From an uncultured Spirochaetota bacterium (GTDB taxonomy: Bacteria; Spirochaetota; Brevinematia; Brevinematales; JAOACQ01), in assembly GCA_963835575.1 (NCBI GenBank), contig CAWIGG010000002.1, positions 928,001-992,000 on the forward strand: a stretch of DNA of 64,000 bases, written 5' to 3'. The notes below the pieces were generated by a model. That model ran no database searches. It saw only the letters and a program-made list of their open reading frames with translations, and was not told the origin of the DNA. The stretch's first letter is position 1. Each line of letters starts with the position of its first letter. A program made the position numbers and the translations under genes. Shown here piece by piece: positions 30,316 through 40,158 of the stretch.

Positions 30316-33066
30316 ATGATAAAATTGATATTCCGTATTGTGATTATTCTAATACTGCCAGTTTTATTCTATCCGCAAAGCGTAAAATCAAAAAATAATA
30401 CACTTATCGCTAACAGGCTTCCGGACGGAAATTATGTGCTCGAAAACAATAAAATAAAGATTATTATTGCCCCAAAGTTTGGCGGAAGGATCATTTCCTT
30501 AATGAGTAAGGATAATCAGGAAGAAGTCCTGCAGTCTTTTAATGTCAGCAATACTTCCGCGGGAGGGGCATTATATGATATTTTCGGCCGCCAGGACTGG
30601 CCGGGAACGGCAAATAATAATTACAATGTTAAAAATGTCTCTCTCACCAAAAATGAGGACATATTGTCTTTTGAAATGAACTATTCACTGGGCGACAGCC
30701 TGAAAGAAAAAAACGGCCTCATCATTAATAAAAAAATATACCTGGATGATTTTTCTTCCGCTGTCCATACAACGATTGAAATTCAGAATAATTCTTCAAC
30801 ATCTATTTCATTTCAATATAAAAATGCTTCAAAAATTGCCCTTGGAGCCGCTGAAGAAGGGGTAAAAATAATTTGGGTCCCTCTTGAAAAGGATATAGCT
30901 GAAATTGGTTTTTCGCCGATGAGCGGTTCGCATGGCGGCCGTATGTATCCGACCGGCGGTTTTATCGGACTTACCGCAAAAGACACAAAAACAGCCGCGA
31001 TCTGGGTTTTCGACCCTCAATTGATTGATTCATTTGATACTTTTCACAGTAAAGATGCGGCCTCGCTGGAATTGTCATTCCAGAATATCAGCCTGGAACC
31101 GAAAAAATCAGTTATTTATGAAATGGATATTGTTTTAATGAGCGATATGAAAAATATATCCGGAGCTGATTTAAAAAACAAAGTGATCGGCGGTCTGGAT
31201 TATCAAATCAAAAATAACAGGATTTTATTGGATGGTTCGCTTTATACATATTCAAAAGAAGCTCTATCCAATTTAAAATTAGTTGTCAGTATTTATGATA
31301 TGCTGGGTGGATTGATTCAAACAGTCAAAGAAGAAACAATTGAAAATATCATTCCTGACAATCCTTATAAATACAGCGGCGTTATTGACAGTATCGGAAA
31401 ACTCAAAGCCCCGGTATGTAAAGCGGTGATTAAATTGATTGATCCGCAGGGAGTGGAAATATTTTACTCTGAAAAAAAAATAAAAATCGGCGATTTAGTC
31501 CCGGATTTTAAAAATCCTGTGACTGTGAATTTCATGTGGGTGCTCAATCAGCCTCTTTATCCAAAACCTGAAGACTGTATAAAAAACCTGGGAAATTATA
31601 ATCAGATATATTCAAACATATTCGCAATATATGAAAAGCATCCCCTGGTAAAATCGGATATTGCTGTCAGCGGAGCGCTTCTTTATCAAATGATACAGTT
31701 CTATCCTGATCTTATTGAAAAATTGAAGTATTTAATCGGAACACGCAAAAACTTGAATTTAATGATTACCGGCTTCAGCCATCCTTTATTCCCTTTTATA
31801 TCATCAAATTCCATATCCATGCAGATAAAGCTGGATAAGGAATTGAAATCACTTCTTTTCGGCGTGAAACCCGACGGGATCTATTTTCCAGAACTGGCTT
31901 ATAAAGACGGTGTTTTTGACATACTATTGAAAAACGAAATAACCTGGGGATATTTCAGCGACGCTTCGATTAAAGACTATTATAAAAATATGACCGATAT
32001 TGATTATTTCGCTCCTTCAAGGGTCATCAGTTCTGGATTTGGAATGAACTGCCTGATCAGGGACCAGGATGCTCCGTATATCCTGATGAAACAGACAGAA
32101 CAGTCTATTGATGAGTTTATTCAATATCTGGTCAAACTTCAGGAAAAGAACAAGGAAGGAAAGAGGGTCCTGGTCGTAGCGCAGAAAGGGGAGTTTTTCG
32201 GGACTTCAGACTATATGGACAGATTATTTACCAGGCTTGAAAGAATCAAATGGGTGAAAATAATGAGCGGTTCTGATATTTTTAAAGCTGTCATTCCGAC
32301 ACAGACGTTTTTGGGTGAAAAAATTACAGGCGGATGGTTTGTTGATGAAGATTCGAAAGCGGCATCATATAAGCCGTGGATAGAGACGGAAAATAAAAAA
32401 CAGGTATTAGCGGATCTGAATGATGTGGAAGACAGTGTCTTTAGAAACGGAGAAAAGATCGATACTGCCAGGGGATATTACCAGGAGCTTGATTTCTCCA
32501 TGCCCGTTAATATTTATGAAGAATGCAGGGAGAAATTAATTTTTGCCGAGCAATCCGACTGGTTTTATGGTAATAATGTCAAAGGGCTTAGTATAGTAAC
32601 AAACCAGCTTGATAATACAAGAAAACTTATTTCTACGGTTTATGATAATCTGATGAGTGTGGTAAAAAAACAAAAAATAAATGTTCCTCTGATCAAAGAT
32701 AAAGGCATTAAGCTCAATGATGAAGAAAAAGACAGAATTTTATCAAAAATACCTGCCGGGAAGTTCCAGATCTGGGAAAAGACAGTGGAACCAGCCAAAT
32801 TAACATATGCGTCTTCAATTAATATCAAATTCAGGATTTTTGATAAAAACAACGGTATCGATTACAACAATGTCTATATAATAGTAAATTACAATGACAG
32901 CGATGATTATTACAAAGTTAACGCAAAGATGATGTTTAACGGCTCTATGATGGGCAATATCGGCGGCGGAAGAACCGGGGACGAAGGAAAATTTTATATT
33001 TATGCAAAGGATAGAAAAGGCAATGAGGCGCTTTCCGATAAATTTACATTTGTCATTGAGCCGTAA
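30316..33066 (+). CDS. Exported protein: galactose-mutarotase-like N-domain plus degenerate GH57-like domain
   Basis: Signal peptide; LENNKIKIIIAPKFGGRIISL supersandwich start; GH57-like blocks WVLNQP, FSHPLFP, GIYFPELAY, QKGEFFG and AEQSDWF. Confidence 0.6.
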   Translation: MIKLIFRIVIILILPVLFYPQSVKSKNNTLIANRLPDGNYVLENNKIKIIIAPKFGGRIISLMSKDNQEEVLQSFNVSNTSAGGALYDIFGRQDWPGTANNNYNVKNVSLTKNEDILSFEMNYSLGDSLKEKNGLIINKKIYLDDFSSAVHTTIEIQNNSSTSISFQYKNASKIALGAAEEGVKIIWVPLEKDIAEIGFSPMSGSHGGRMYPTGGFIGLTAKDTKTAAIWVFDPQLIDSFDTFHSKDAASLELSFQNISLEPKKSVIYEMDIVLMSDMKNISGADLKNKVIGGLDYQIKNNRILLDGSLYTYSKEALSNLKLVVSIYDMLGGLIQTVKEETIENIIPDNPYKYSGVIDSIGKLKAPVCKAVIKLIDPQGVEIFYSEKKIKIGDLVPDFKNPVTVNFMWVLNQPLYPKPEDCIKNLGNYNQIYSNIFAIYEKHPLVKSDIAVSGALLYQMIQFYPDLIEKLKYLIGTRKNLNLMITGFSHPLFPFISSNSISMQIKLDKELKSLLFGVKPDGIYFPELAYKDGVFDILLKNEITWGYFSDASIKDYYKNMTDIDYFAPSRVISSGFGMNCLIRDQDAPYILMKQTEQSIDEFIQYLVKLQEKNKEGKRVLVVAQKGEFFGTSDYMDRLFTRLERIKWVKIMSGSDIFKAVIPTQTFLGEKITGGWFVDEDSKAASYKPWIETENKKQVLADLNDVEDSVFRNGEKIDTARGYYQELDFSMPVNIYEECREKLIFAEQSDWFYGNNVKGLSIVTNQLDNTRKLISTVYDNLMSVVKKQKINVPLIKDKGIKLNDEEKDRILSKIPAGKFQIWEKTVEPAKLTYASSINIKFRIFDKNNGIDYNNVYIIVNYNDSDDYYKVNAKMMFNGSMMGNIGGGRTGDEGKFYIYAKDRKGNEALSDKFTFVIEP

Positions 33067-33072
33067 TATTAT

Positions 33073-34176
33073 CTACAGATTTAAACCGAACTGGTCGGCT
33101 ATTATAATATCTACTATCCCTTTTTCAGCCCTTTGAGGCCTTGAGGAATTTATTTTTTTCATATTTTCCTTGTAGGATGAGGCATTTTTCAATAGTAAAG
33201 AAACTTCTTTGAAAAGATAATCGGGCGTAAGGGAGTCTTCCTCAATAATAATCCCTCCGGAATTGGATGCAATATATCCGGCGTTTAATAACTGGTGGTT
33301 ATCCGGGGAATTTTTAATTGGAATTAGGATGGGCGGACATTCATAATGAATGCATTCTGATATTGAAGTCGCTCCTGCCCTGGAAATAACACAGTCTGCG
33401 GCTGAAAAAAAATAATCCATCCTTTCAATAAATTGAAAAACCCTGATATTCGGATATTTTGATTGAATATCCTCAAGCTTATTCTCCTGAAGCAGTTTGT
33501 TGTACTCAACAGATCCTGCGCTCCATATCACGCCTATTTTTTTCTCCAAAAGCATTGGGAAAATTCCCTGCACACAGTCGTTCACTATTCTTGAACCCTG
33601 GCTGCCGCTTGTTATTCCAATGACAGTAGCAAATTGATCGATCTGAAAAAAAGACTTTGACTTTGTTTTGGTTTGAAGCTCATAATAGAGGGATGGATTT
33701 CCTGTGAAAACGGCTTTTTTTGCCGGGATTTTTTTCGTTCCGGGAAAAGAAGTGAATATCTTTCTGGCAAAAGGCGAATATAAACGGTTTGTTATGCCTG
33801 CAACGCTGTTTTGTTCTATGATATAAAGCGGTTTTCTGAGAATTATGGCCGCTAACGCTACAGGGTTTGAGATATAACCGCCGGTAATCACTATCATATC
33901 AGGATTGAATTTTTTTATCAGCCGGAATATTTTAAAAAATGAGATTAGTATCTTTATTACAAAAAGAGGAGTTTTCAGCGATAGTCTTCTGGACATATTT
34001 TTCAGCTGAAGCAGGATCCTGTCTTTTTCATCCACTTTAGATACAATTGGATAATTCAGGTCGAAAGCGCTCATGACATAGCGGCATTCAATATTTCTTT
34101 TTTTTATTTCCTTATAAACAGCTATCCCTGGCACAAGGTGACCGCCGGTTCTTCCGCCGCTGATCAAGGCTTTCAT
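33073..34176 (-). CDS. murG: UDP-GlcNAc:lipid I N-acetylglucosaminyltransferase
   Basis: GGRTGGHLVP, GGYIS, EQNSVAGITN, TGNP, GSQGS, SRAGATSISE and HQLLNA. Confidence 0.93.
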   Translation of the reverse strand: MKALISGGRTGGHLVPGIAVYKEIKKRNIECRYVMSAFDLNYPIVSKVDEKDRILLQLKNMSRRLSLKTPLFVIKILISFFKIFRLIKKFNPDMIVITGGYISNPVALAAIILRKPLYIIEQNSVAGITNRLYSPFARKIFTSFPGTKKIPAKKAVFTGNPSLYYELQTKTKSKSFFQIDQFATVIGITSGSQGSRIVNDCVQGIFPMLLEKKIGVIWSAGSVEYNKLLQENKLEDIQSKYPNIRVFQFIERMDYFFSAADCVISRAGATSISECIHYECPPILIPIKNSPDNHQLLNAGYIASNSGGIIIEEDSLTPDYLFKEVSLLLKNASSYKENMKKINSSRPQRAEKGIVDIIIADQFGLNL

Positions 34177-34317
34177 TACATTATCCTTATTATTAAAATC
34201 GATAGATTTTAATGCCCGTTGTTTGAAATAGCAAATTTTATATTTTCAAAGTATAATTTCAATATGAATAAATTGAAGCTTTAAATATTATTCGTTTTAT
34301 CAAAAGATTTTATTAAA

Positions 34318-34641
34318 TTGAATAATGAAGCCTTTAACATAACAAAAAAGCAAATATTGGAATCTGTTAAAAAGGCTGAATATTTTATGTTATCCTTGTT
34401 AAAACCGGGTTATGTTATAATCCTGAAAATAAAAAAAGGAAAGGAAAAGAACAGATATGGGCGGCTTTTAGCTGAAATCTATTATAATAATCAGAATATT
34501 AATATTTATCTTATTCAAAACGGGTATGCTTTAAAATATTTTATCGATTATGTGCATTATAAAGTAAAAAAAGTATATATTAATGCCGAAAATGAAGCGA
34601 TGAATAAAAGAACCGGCTTCTGGCAATATAAAAGATTATAA
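34318..34641 (+). pseudogene. Thermonuclease (SNase) family, C-terminal part only
   Basis: RYGRLLAEIY...NIYLIQNGYA...ENEAMNKRTGFW; N-terminal DGDT/RL.GID.PE motifs absent; upstream ATG 34263 is stopped after 6 codons. Confidence 0.55.
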
Positions 34642-34673
34642 TAGCGGATTTTATTTGTTAAGGAGGAAATGGT

Positions 34674-35387
34674 ATGAAAGGAATTTTTGTCTTAATCACA
34701 GTTTTATTAGTGTTTATTACACTCAATGTATATGGCTCTGATGACAGTATCTGGAGTAATAGAAATACTGCTGAAGGAGCTAAAGCTTCTTACGAATATT
34801 ATAAACAGCAGTTTAATAATGAAAAAAACTATGAAAACGCATGGAAATTCTCACGAGCGGCGCATTTTTATGCGGATAATTTCATAAAGATTGAGGATCA
34901 AAAGAAAAAGGTATTTACTGAAGGGAAGGAAGCCGCTGAAAATGCTACTAATATGGAACCGGATAAGCCCGAAGGACATTATTACCTGGGAATATGCCTT
35001 GGTTCATGGGCTGAAGCTAACGGAATTCTGAACAGCTTATTCACGGCCCCTTCAATATTGAGGGAAGCAAAAAAAACAATAAAGATCGAACCGTCTTTTG
35101 AGAACGGTTCCGCATATATGCTCAGCGCCAGGGTTTATCATAAAGCTCCGGCCATTATCAGCGTCGGGGATAAAGATAAGGCTCAAAAAGATTATGAGAA
35201 GGCTATTGAATACGGGCCCGGCAACCGGGTAGCCTTCCGTTTTTACGCGGAATTCCTGATGGATTTCGATAAGAAAAAAGCGAAAGAAATCATCCTGAAA
35301 GGCCTTGATATACCGCTTGATGAAAGTAATAAATACAGTGAAGAAAACGAAATACAATTACTGAAAGAGCTGCAGACAAAGCTATAA
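34674..35387 (+). CDS. Exported TPR-like helical-repeat protein
   Basis: AGGAGG RBS, signal peptide, PDKPEGHYYLGICLG and AQKDYEKAIEYGP TPR-like repeats. Confidence 0.7.
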   Translation: MKGIFVLITVLLVFITLNVYGSDDSIWSNRNTAEGAKASYEYYKQQFNNEKNYENAWKFSRAAHFYADNFIKIEDQKKKVFTEGKEAAENATNMEPDKPEGHYYLGICLGSWAEANGILNSLFTAPSILREAKKTIKIEPSFENGSAYMLSARVYHKAPAIISVGDKDKAQKDYEKAIEYGPGNRVAFRFYAEFLMDFDKKKAKEIILKGLDIPLDESNKYSEENEIQLLKELQTKL

Positions 35388-37895
35388 TTGATTGACCGTT
35401 TCTTCCTCCGCTTGCGCGCCGGTTTCTTGATTTTTTATCTTTTTATTGCTTAAGCTCAATATAATCTTTTTATTCTTAAGCGATATTTTTATTTCAACCG
35501 GGCTCTTTAACTCGTCAGTGTTGATATTCTCCTTAAGCAGTAGTTCTGTTGAGGGAACTTCTATAAATTTACTGATTGCCCTCGAAAGAGACCTGGCCCC
35601 GTATTTACTTTCATATCCTTCTGAAATGATCAAATTCTTTGCATCCTGGCTTATTTTAAATTTGATCCCTTTAAGCGACAGATTTTCGTTCAAGTCTTCA
35701 ATCATCTTATCGAATATTTCAATGAGTATTGATTCATCGAGAGGATTGAATATGACAATGTCATCAATCCTGTTCAGAAATTCAGGCTTGAAATACTGCC
35801 TTAATTCAGAATAAAGGAATTCCTTGTTTTTTTCCTGACTCGCTGTCATATCGGAAAAACCCAGATTGCCTTTATTTGCCAGTTTATCAGTTCCAAGATT
35901 GGATGTTAATATTATTATTGAGTTTCTAAAATCAACTTTATTTCCGAGGCTGTCTGTGATAAAACCCTCATCCAGGATTTGAAGCAGCATATTAAAGACA
36001 TCCGGATGGGCCTTTTCAAGTTCATCAAAAAGAATAACAGAGTAGGGCTTCCGGCGGATTCTTTCCGTCAATTCGCCGCCGGATTCATGGCCGACATAGC
36101 CGGGAGGAGCCCCGACAAGTTTAGAAACATTGAATTTTTCCATATATTCGCTCATATCAACCCTGATAAGGTCTTCTTCAGAACCGAATATGAATTGGGC
36201 CAGCGCCTTTGCCAGGGCTGTTTTACCGACCCCAGTCGGCCCGATAAATATAAGGCTTGATATAGGCTTTCCGATTTTTTTCAATCCGACGATGCTTTTT
36301 TTAATGGCGTTTGAAACTGTTTCTATCGCCTCTTTCTGGCCTTTTATAGTCTTTTTCAAAGCCTCATTGATGTTTAAAAACCTTTTTTTATTATTTTCAT
36401 CATCCAGCCGGTTCATCGGGATGTTTGTTATTGAGGAAAGGACCAATTCTATGTCTTTTTGATCAATAATAACCTTATCTTTTTTATTGGCGTTCAGCCA
36501 TTGTGTTTTTGCCTGCTCATAAACCCCGCGGAGTTCTTTAATTTTATCCCTGATATAAGCCGCTTTTTCATAAACCTGAGATTTAACAAGATGGTTCTTT
36601 TTGTCCTCCAGGTGATTGATTTCATTTTCAACCTTTAATAATTCTTCCGGTTTACCGTCCAGGGAAATACCGCAGAAAGCTCCCGCCTCATCTATCAGAT
36701 CGATGGCTTTATCCGGTAATTTTCTGTCGGTGACATAACGGTGTGCCAGTTTAACAGCCGCAATTATAGCCCTATCTGTATAAGACACATTATGATATTG
36801 TTCATATTTAATTTTTATTTTAGATAGAATTTCTATTGTTTCTTCAATTGTCGGTTCATTAACGATAATAGGCTGAAATCTGCGGAGAAGGGCTTTATCT
36901 CTTTCAATGCGTTTTCTGTATTCATCAAATGTCGTGGCGCCGATGCAGCGGATTGATCCTCTTGCCAGAGCGGGCTTAAGCATGTTGGAAGCGTCAAGCG
37001 CGCCTTCAGCGTTGCCGGCACCGAGAATTGTATGAATTTCATCAATAAAGAGAATCACATCTTCCGAGTCTTCAGCCTCTTTGATGATATTCTTCATCCT
37101 TTCCTCAAATTCCCCGCGGTATTTGGTTCCGGCGACAACAAGCCCCAGATCTAAGAGCATTATCCTTCTATCGATGAGTTTATCAGGAATTGTATTATTT
37201 GATATCAGCTGGGCCAATCCTTCTATAATAGCGGTCTTGCCGACTCCCGGCTCCCCGATAAGTATGGGATTGTTTTTCTGCCTTCTGCATAAAACCTGTA
37301 CAATCCTCTTAATTTCATTTCCCCGGCCTATAACAGGGTCTAATTTACCCTGCTGCGCCATTTGAGTCAGGTTTTTTGAAAAACGGTCAAGGAATTGCGT
37401 TTTTATTTGTTTTTTCTTTACTTTTGTAACATTTATTTCCCCATATCCGACAGTCTTAATGACTGCCTGGCGCATAAAATGAATATCAATATTTCTATTC
37501 GCAAATATTATCGGAATAAGCGCATCAGGGTCTTCTTCCGCTAATAATCCCAATAAAATATGCTCCGATCCGATATAATTATGTCCGATGATTTTTGATT
37601 CCTGCTTGCAGAGATCAATGACGTTTTTAAAACGTGTCGAAGGAGGAATGCCTCCCAGCGTGAGGGTATTTGTGGATTTGCTCCTCAATATCATTTCCAG
37701 TTCCCTTTTTATATCGTCAAGGTCTAGTCCGAGATAGACAAGAGCGCGTATTCCGGCGCTGTCAACTTCACGCAGTATTCCAAGAAAAAGATGCTCTGGA
37801 AGTACCTGATCGTTAAATAATCTTCTCGCTTCCTGCTGTGCGAGAATTGTTATGACTTTTTGCGCCCTCGGCGTAAATCCGGTAAAATCGTTCAT
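35382..37895 (-). CDS. clpC: ATP-dependent Clp protease ATP-binding subunit ClpC
   Basis: Two Clp_N repeats, GEPGVGKT and GPTGVGKT Walker A motifs, UVR-like middle domain, GAPPGYVG; follows mcsA-mcsB. Confidence 0.93.
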   Translation of the reverse strand: MNDFTGFTPRAQKVITILAQQEARRLFNDQVLPEHLFLGILREVDSAGIRALVYLGLDLDDIKRELEMILRSKSTNTLTLGGIPPSTRFKNVIDLCKQESKIIGHNYIGSEHILLGLLAEEDPDALIPIIFANRNIDIHFMRQAVIKTVGYGEINVTKVKKKQIKTQFLDRFSKNLTQMAQQGKLDPVIGRGNEIKRIVQVLCRRQKNNPILIGEPGVGKTAIIEGLAQLISNNTIPDKLIDRRIMLLDLGLVVAGTKYRGEFEERMKNIIKEAEDSEDVILFIDEIHTILGAGNAEGALDASNMLKPALARGSIRCIGATTFDEYRKRIERDKALLRRFQPIIVNEPTIEETIEILSKIKIKYEQYHNVSYTDRAIIAAVKLAHRYVTDRKLPDKAIDLIDEAGAFCGISLDGKPEELLKVENEINHLEDKKNHLVKSQVYEKAAYIRDKIKELRGVYEQAKTQWLNANKKDKVIIDQKDIELVLSSITNIPMNRLDDENNKKRFLNINEALKKTIKGQKEAIETVSNAIKKSIVGLKKIGKPISSLIFIGPTGVGKTALAKALAQFIFGSEEDLIRVDMSEYMEKFNVSKLVGAPPGYVGHESGGELTERIRRKPYSVILFDELEKAHPDVFNMLLQILDEGFITDSLGNKVDFRNSIIILTSNLGTDKLANKGNLGFSDMTASQEKNKEFLYSELRQYFKPEFLNRIDDIVIFNPLDESILIEIFDKMIEDLNENLSLKGIKFKISQDAKNLIISEGYESKYGARSLSRAISKFIEVPSTELLLKENINTDELKSPVEIKISLKNKKIILSLSNKKIKNQETGAQAEEETVNQL

Positions 37896-38926
37896 GGATT
37901 GCTCCGTACTTTATATTTTATACTTGAAATACTTTTTTTAAGAATATTGAGCCTTGCTTTTCCAAGATCATTCTCATCCACCTGAAATTTATACTGAAGA
38001 TAGTCATCAGTAGCCTGGAAGACTTGGTTCCTGATCTGGTTTATATTATCGGTTATCAGGTGCTTTTTATTCAAGGCATCGATTAAAGAAATGTAATAAA
38101 GAAGATGATGCCATTCAATTGTTTCCTTTTTCTTAAGTTCCATAATTTCCTCAAAAGATATTTCCAGTTCGCTTATTTTATTAAAGACGGCTGTTCTCGC
38201 TTCCATTTCCAATTCGGAGAGCTTATGAAGAAAATTCTCAAATTCGCTTAAAAGATCTTCTTCGGAAATACCGAGAGAAAAAATATTATATATGTAAAAT
38301 AATGCCGAATCCGAGCTGTGAGGTACTATATTTGTTACCGAATACCCTGTTTTATTCGCTGTTTCTATAAAATTATCAATTTTTTTTGCGGATACCAGAC
38401 CATAAAGATTTACTAAAGCCGAAATCCTTAATCCTGTTCCAAAGTTCAGTATTGAAGAAGTGAGATAACCGTATTTTTCATCAAAAGCAAAATCTATCTC
38501 ATCTTCCAGCTGAATAATGATGCTTGAAAGCCTGTTATAAATATTTTTAACATTATAGCCTTCTTCAACAGCCATGATCCGGATATGGTCATCTTCATTA
38601 ATAAGGATGACCCAATTTCCATTGATATCATAAGCCAGGACTCTGCCGTTTTTTAAAAACTCATTTGTGATGACATGATTGGATAAATAAATGAAAACAT
38701 TTTCTTTGGGCATTTCATCAATGGATTCGATAATTAATTCGATGGGAAGTTTGGCAATATATTTACTGATCTGCTGATCAATTTCTTTTTTTTCCTTTTC
38801 TGATAAGACAACCGGAAACTTTATTCCCTCCAGGTTTCTGGCAATACGCAATCTGGTAGAGAAAACAATATTATCTAAGGAATTTCTTTTTCTTTCCTGA
38901 TGCCTTGGAAACTCAATAAATCTCAT
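37892..38926 (-). CDS. mcsB: McsB-like ATP:guanido phosphotransferase (divergent active site)
   Basis: STRLRIARN, NEDDHIRI and GYLTSSILNFGTGLRIS; lies between mcsA and clpC. Confidence 0.8.
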   Translation of the reverse strand: MRFIEFPRHQERKRNSLDNIVFSTRLRIARNLEGIKFPVVLSEKEKKEIDQQISKYIAKLPIELIIESIDEMPKENVFIYLSNHVITNEFLKNGRVLAYDINGNWVILINEDDHIRIMAVEEGYNVKNIYNRLSSIIIQLEDEIDFAFDEKYGYLTSSILNFGTGLRISALVNLYGLVSAKKIDNFIETANKTGYSVTNIVPHSSDSALFYIYNIFSLGISEEDLLSEFENFLHKLSELEMEARTAVFNKISELEISFEEIMELKKKETIEWHHLLYYISLIDALNKKHLITDNINQIRNQVFQATDDYLQYKFQVDENDLGKARLNILKKSISSIKYKVRSNP

Positions 38927-39503
38927 CTTCCTTTCCGACAGGGTAGCTTCCTATCAAGCTCTCCAGCCTTTTTTTAATTTTTTCAGCTTCTTCATATCTT
39001 TCATGAAAAATTACTTTTTTCAGCTGGCTTTTCAGAAATTGTATTTCCTTCCTGAGAAGGTATAATCGGATATATTTCCTGGGCATTCTTCCTTTGTGAA
39101 AGCCGCCTCTTTCAACTTCAACTATGAATTCCTTAATGAATTCATGAAAAGTATTATAACAATATGGACAGCCGAAATATCCGCTGTTTTTGAAATCATC
39201 ATAAGTAAAACCGCAATTTGAGCATTTAAGGTCGTTTTTGCCTTCTTTTGTCAGGATATTACTTATTACTTGTATATTGGAAACTATCGCTGTTAATAAG
39301 CTTCTCATTTCTTCCAGCGCGTCTAAAACCCGTTCATCAATGAATTGCAGGTTTTTAATTTTATCTTTGTTGTTCATATATTTAATAGCGCAATGCGCGC
39401 AGAGACCTTTTTCATCTACTTTGTTTTCATTAATAATTTTGACAAAAATAAGAGCTTCTTCCTCTCCGCATATACTGCATTTTTGCAGACGATATAGAGC
39501 CAT
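38913..39503 (-). CDS. mcsA: McsA (CxxC motifs plus UVR domain)
   Basis: Four CxxC motifs, GYFGCPYCYNTF, HKGRMP and ERYEEAEKIK. Confidence 0.88.
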   Translation of the reverse strand: MALYRLQKCSICGEEEALIFVKIINENKVDEKGLCAHCAIKYMNNKDKIKNLQFIDERVLDALEEMRSLLTAIVSNIQVISNILTKEGKNDLKCSNCGFTYDDFKNSGYFGCPYCYNTFHEFIKEFIVEVERGGFHKGRMPRKYIRLYLLRKEIQFLKSQLKKVIFHERYEEAEKIKKRLESLIGSYPVGKEDEIY

Positions 39504-39766
39504 AATTCCCTCTTCAATAATATCGAAAAATTAGGTCTAAAAGAGAAATGAAATCTTAATTTCTATAGATAATTTTAGCATATATTTTAGAAAAGGTAAA
39601 GGAAGTGAAAAAGGATATAAGTTCCCGAATTGAGTGAATTGCTTTATTATTATATATAATGTATATAATTGCCTATTTTCACCCGGCGCGAAGCATGGAG
39701 TGGAAAAGCGCATATTTATCAGCATTGATAAATAAATCGCTTATTTTAGAAAGATATGTTTGTTTA

Positions 39767-40150
39767 TTAACTCCAATTTTCTTTTTTAATCGGGAAGGCA
39801 AAAAACAGCTTCAGTTTTTCTTCCCTCATAAGATATGCGTCGGCTTTAATTATCTGGCTTTTTGAAAGATGAACTTGAACTTCTTTTCTTAAATAAATTG
39901 AATTTTCTTCCTTATCAGGATAATAACCTTCAAATTCATCAATATCATCAATAAGATTTTCAAGCACATCATAAACTTCGCCGAATACCCGCTGCCGGTA
40001 TGAAAGTGATTCTATTGTGACCGCAGGGAAATCAACACCCAGGTCGTACAATTCACCGTAAATATAGCCTTTTCCGACAAATTTTGCTTTTGAAATCAGA
40101 ATATGATGGGGAAATGATTTTTGTAAAGTGTCATAAACGAATAACAGCAT
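39767..40150 (-). CDS. Gamma-glutamylcyclotransferase (AIG2-like) family protein
   Basis: LFVYDTL (usually VYGTL), GELYDLG..FPA, VFGEVY and IDEFEG. Confidence 0.8.
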   Translation of the reverse strand: MLLFVYDTLQKSFPHHILISKAKFVGKGYIYGELYDLGVDFPAVTIESLSYRQRVFGEVYDVLENLIDDIDEFEGYYPDKEENSIYLRKEVQVHLSKSQIIKADAYLMREEKLKLFFAFPIKKENWS

Positions 40151-40158
40151 TTATTTCT

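Noticed and set aside
39504..39766. CtsR or CIRCE operator upstream of mcsA
   Set aside because: No GGTCAAA-type direct repeat or TTAGCACTC-N9-GAGTGCTAA inverted repeat seen; the short ORFs here have no motifs.
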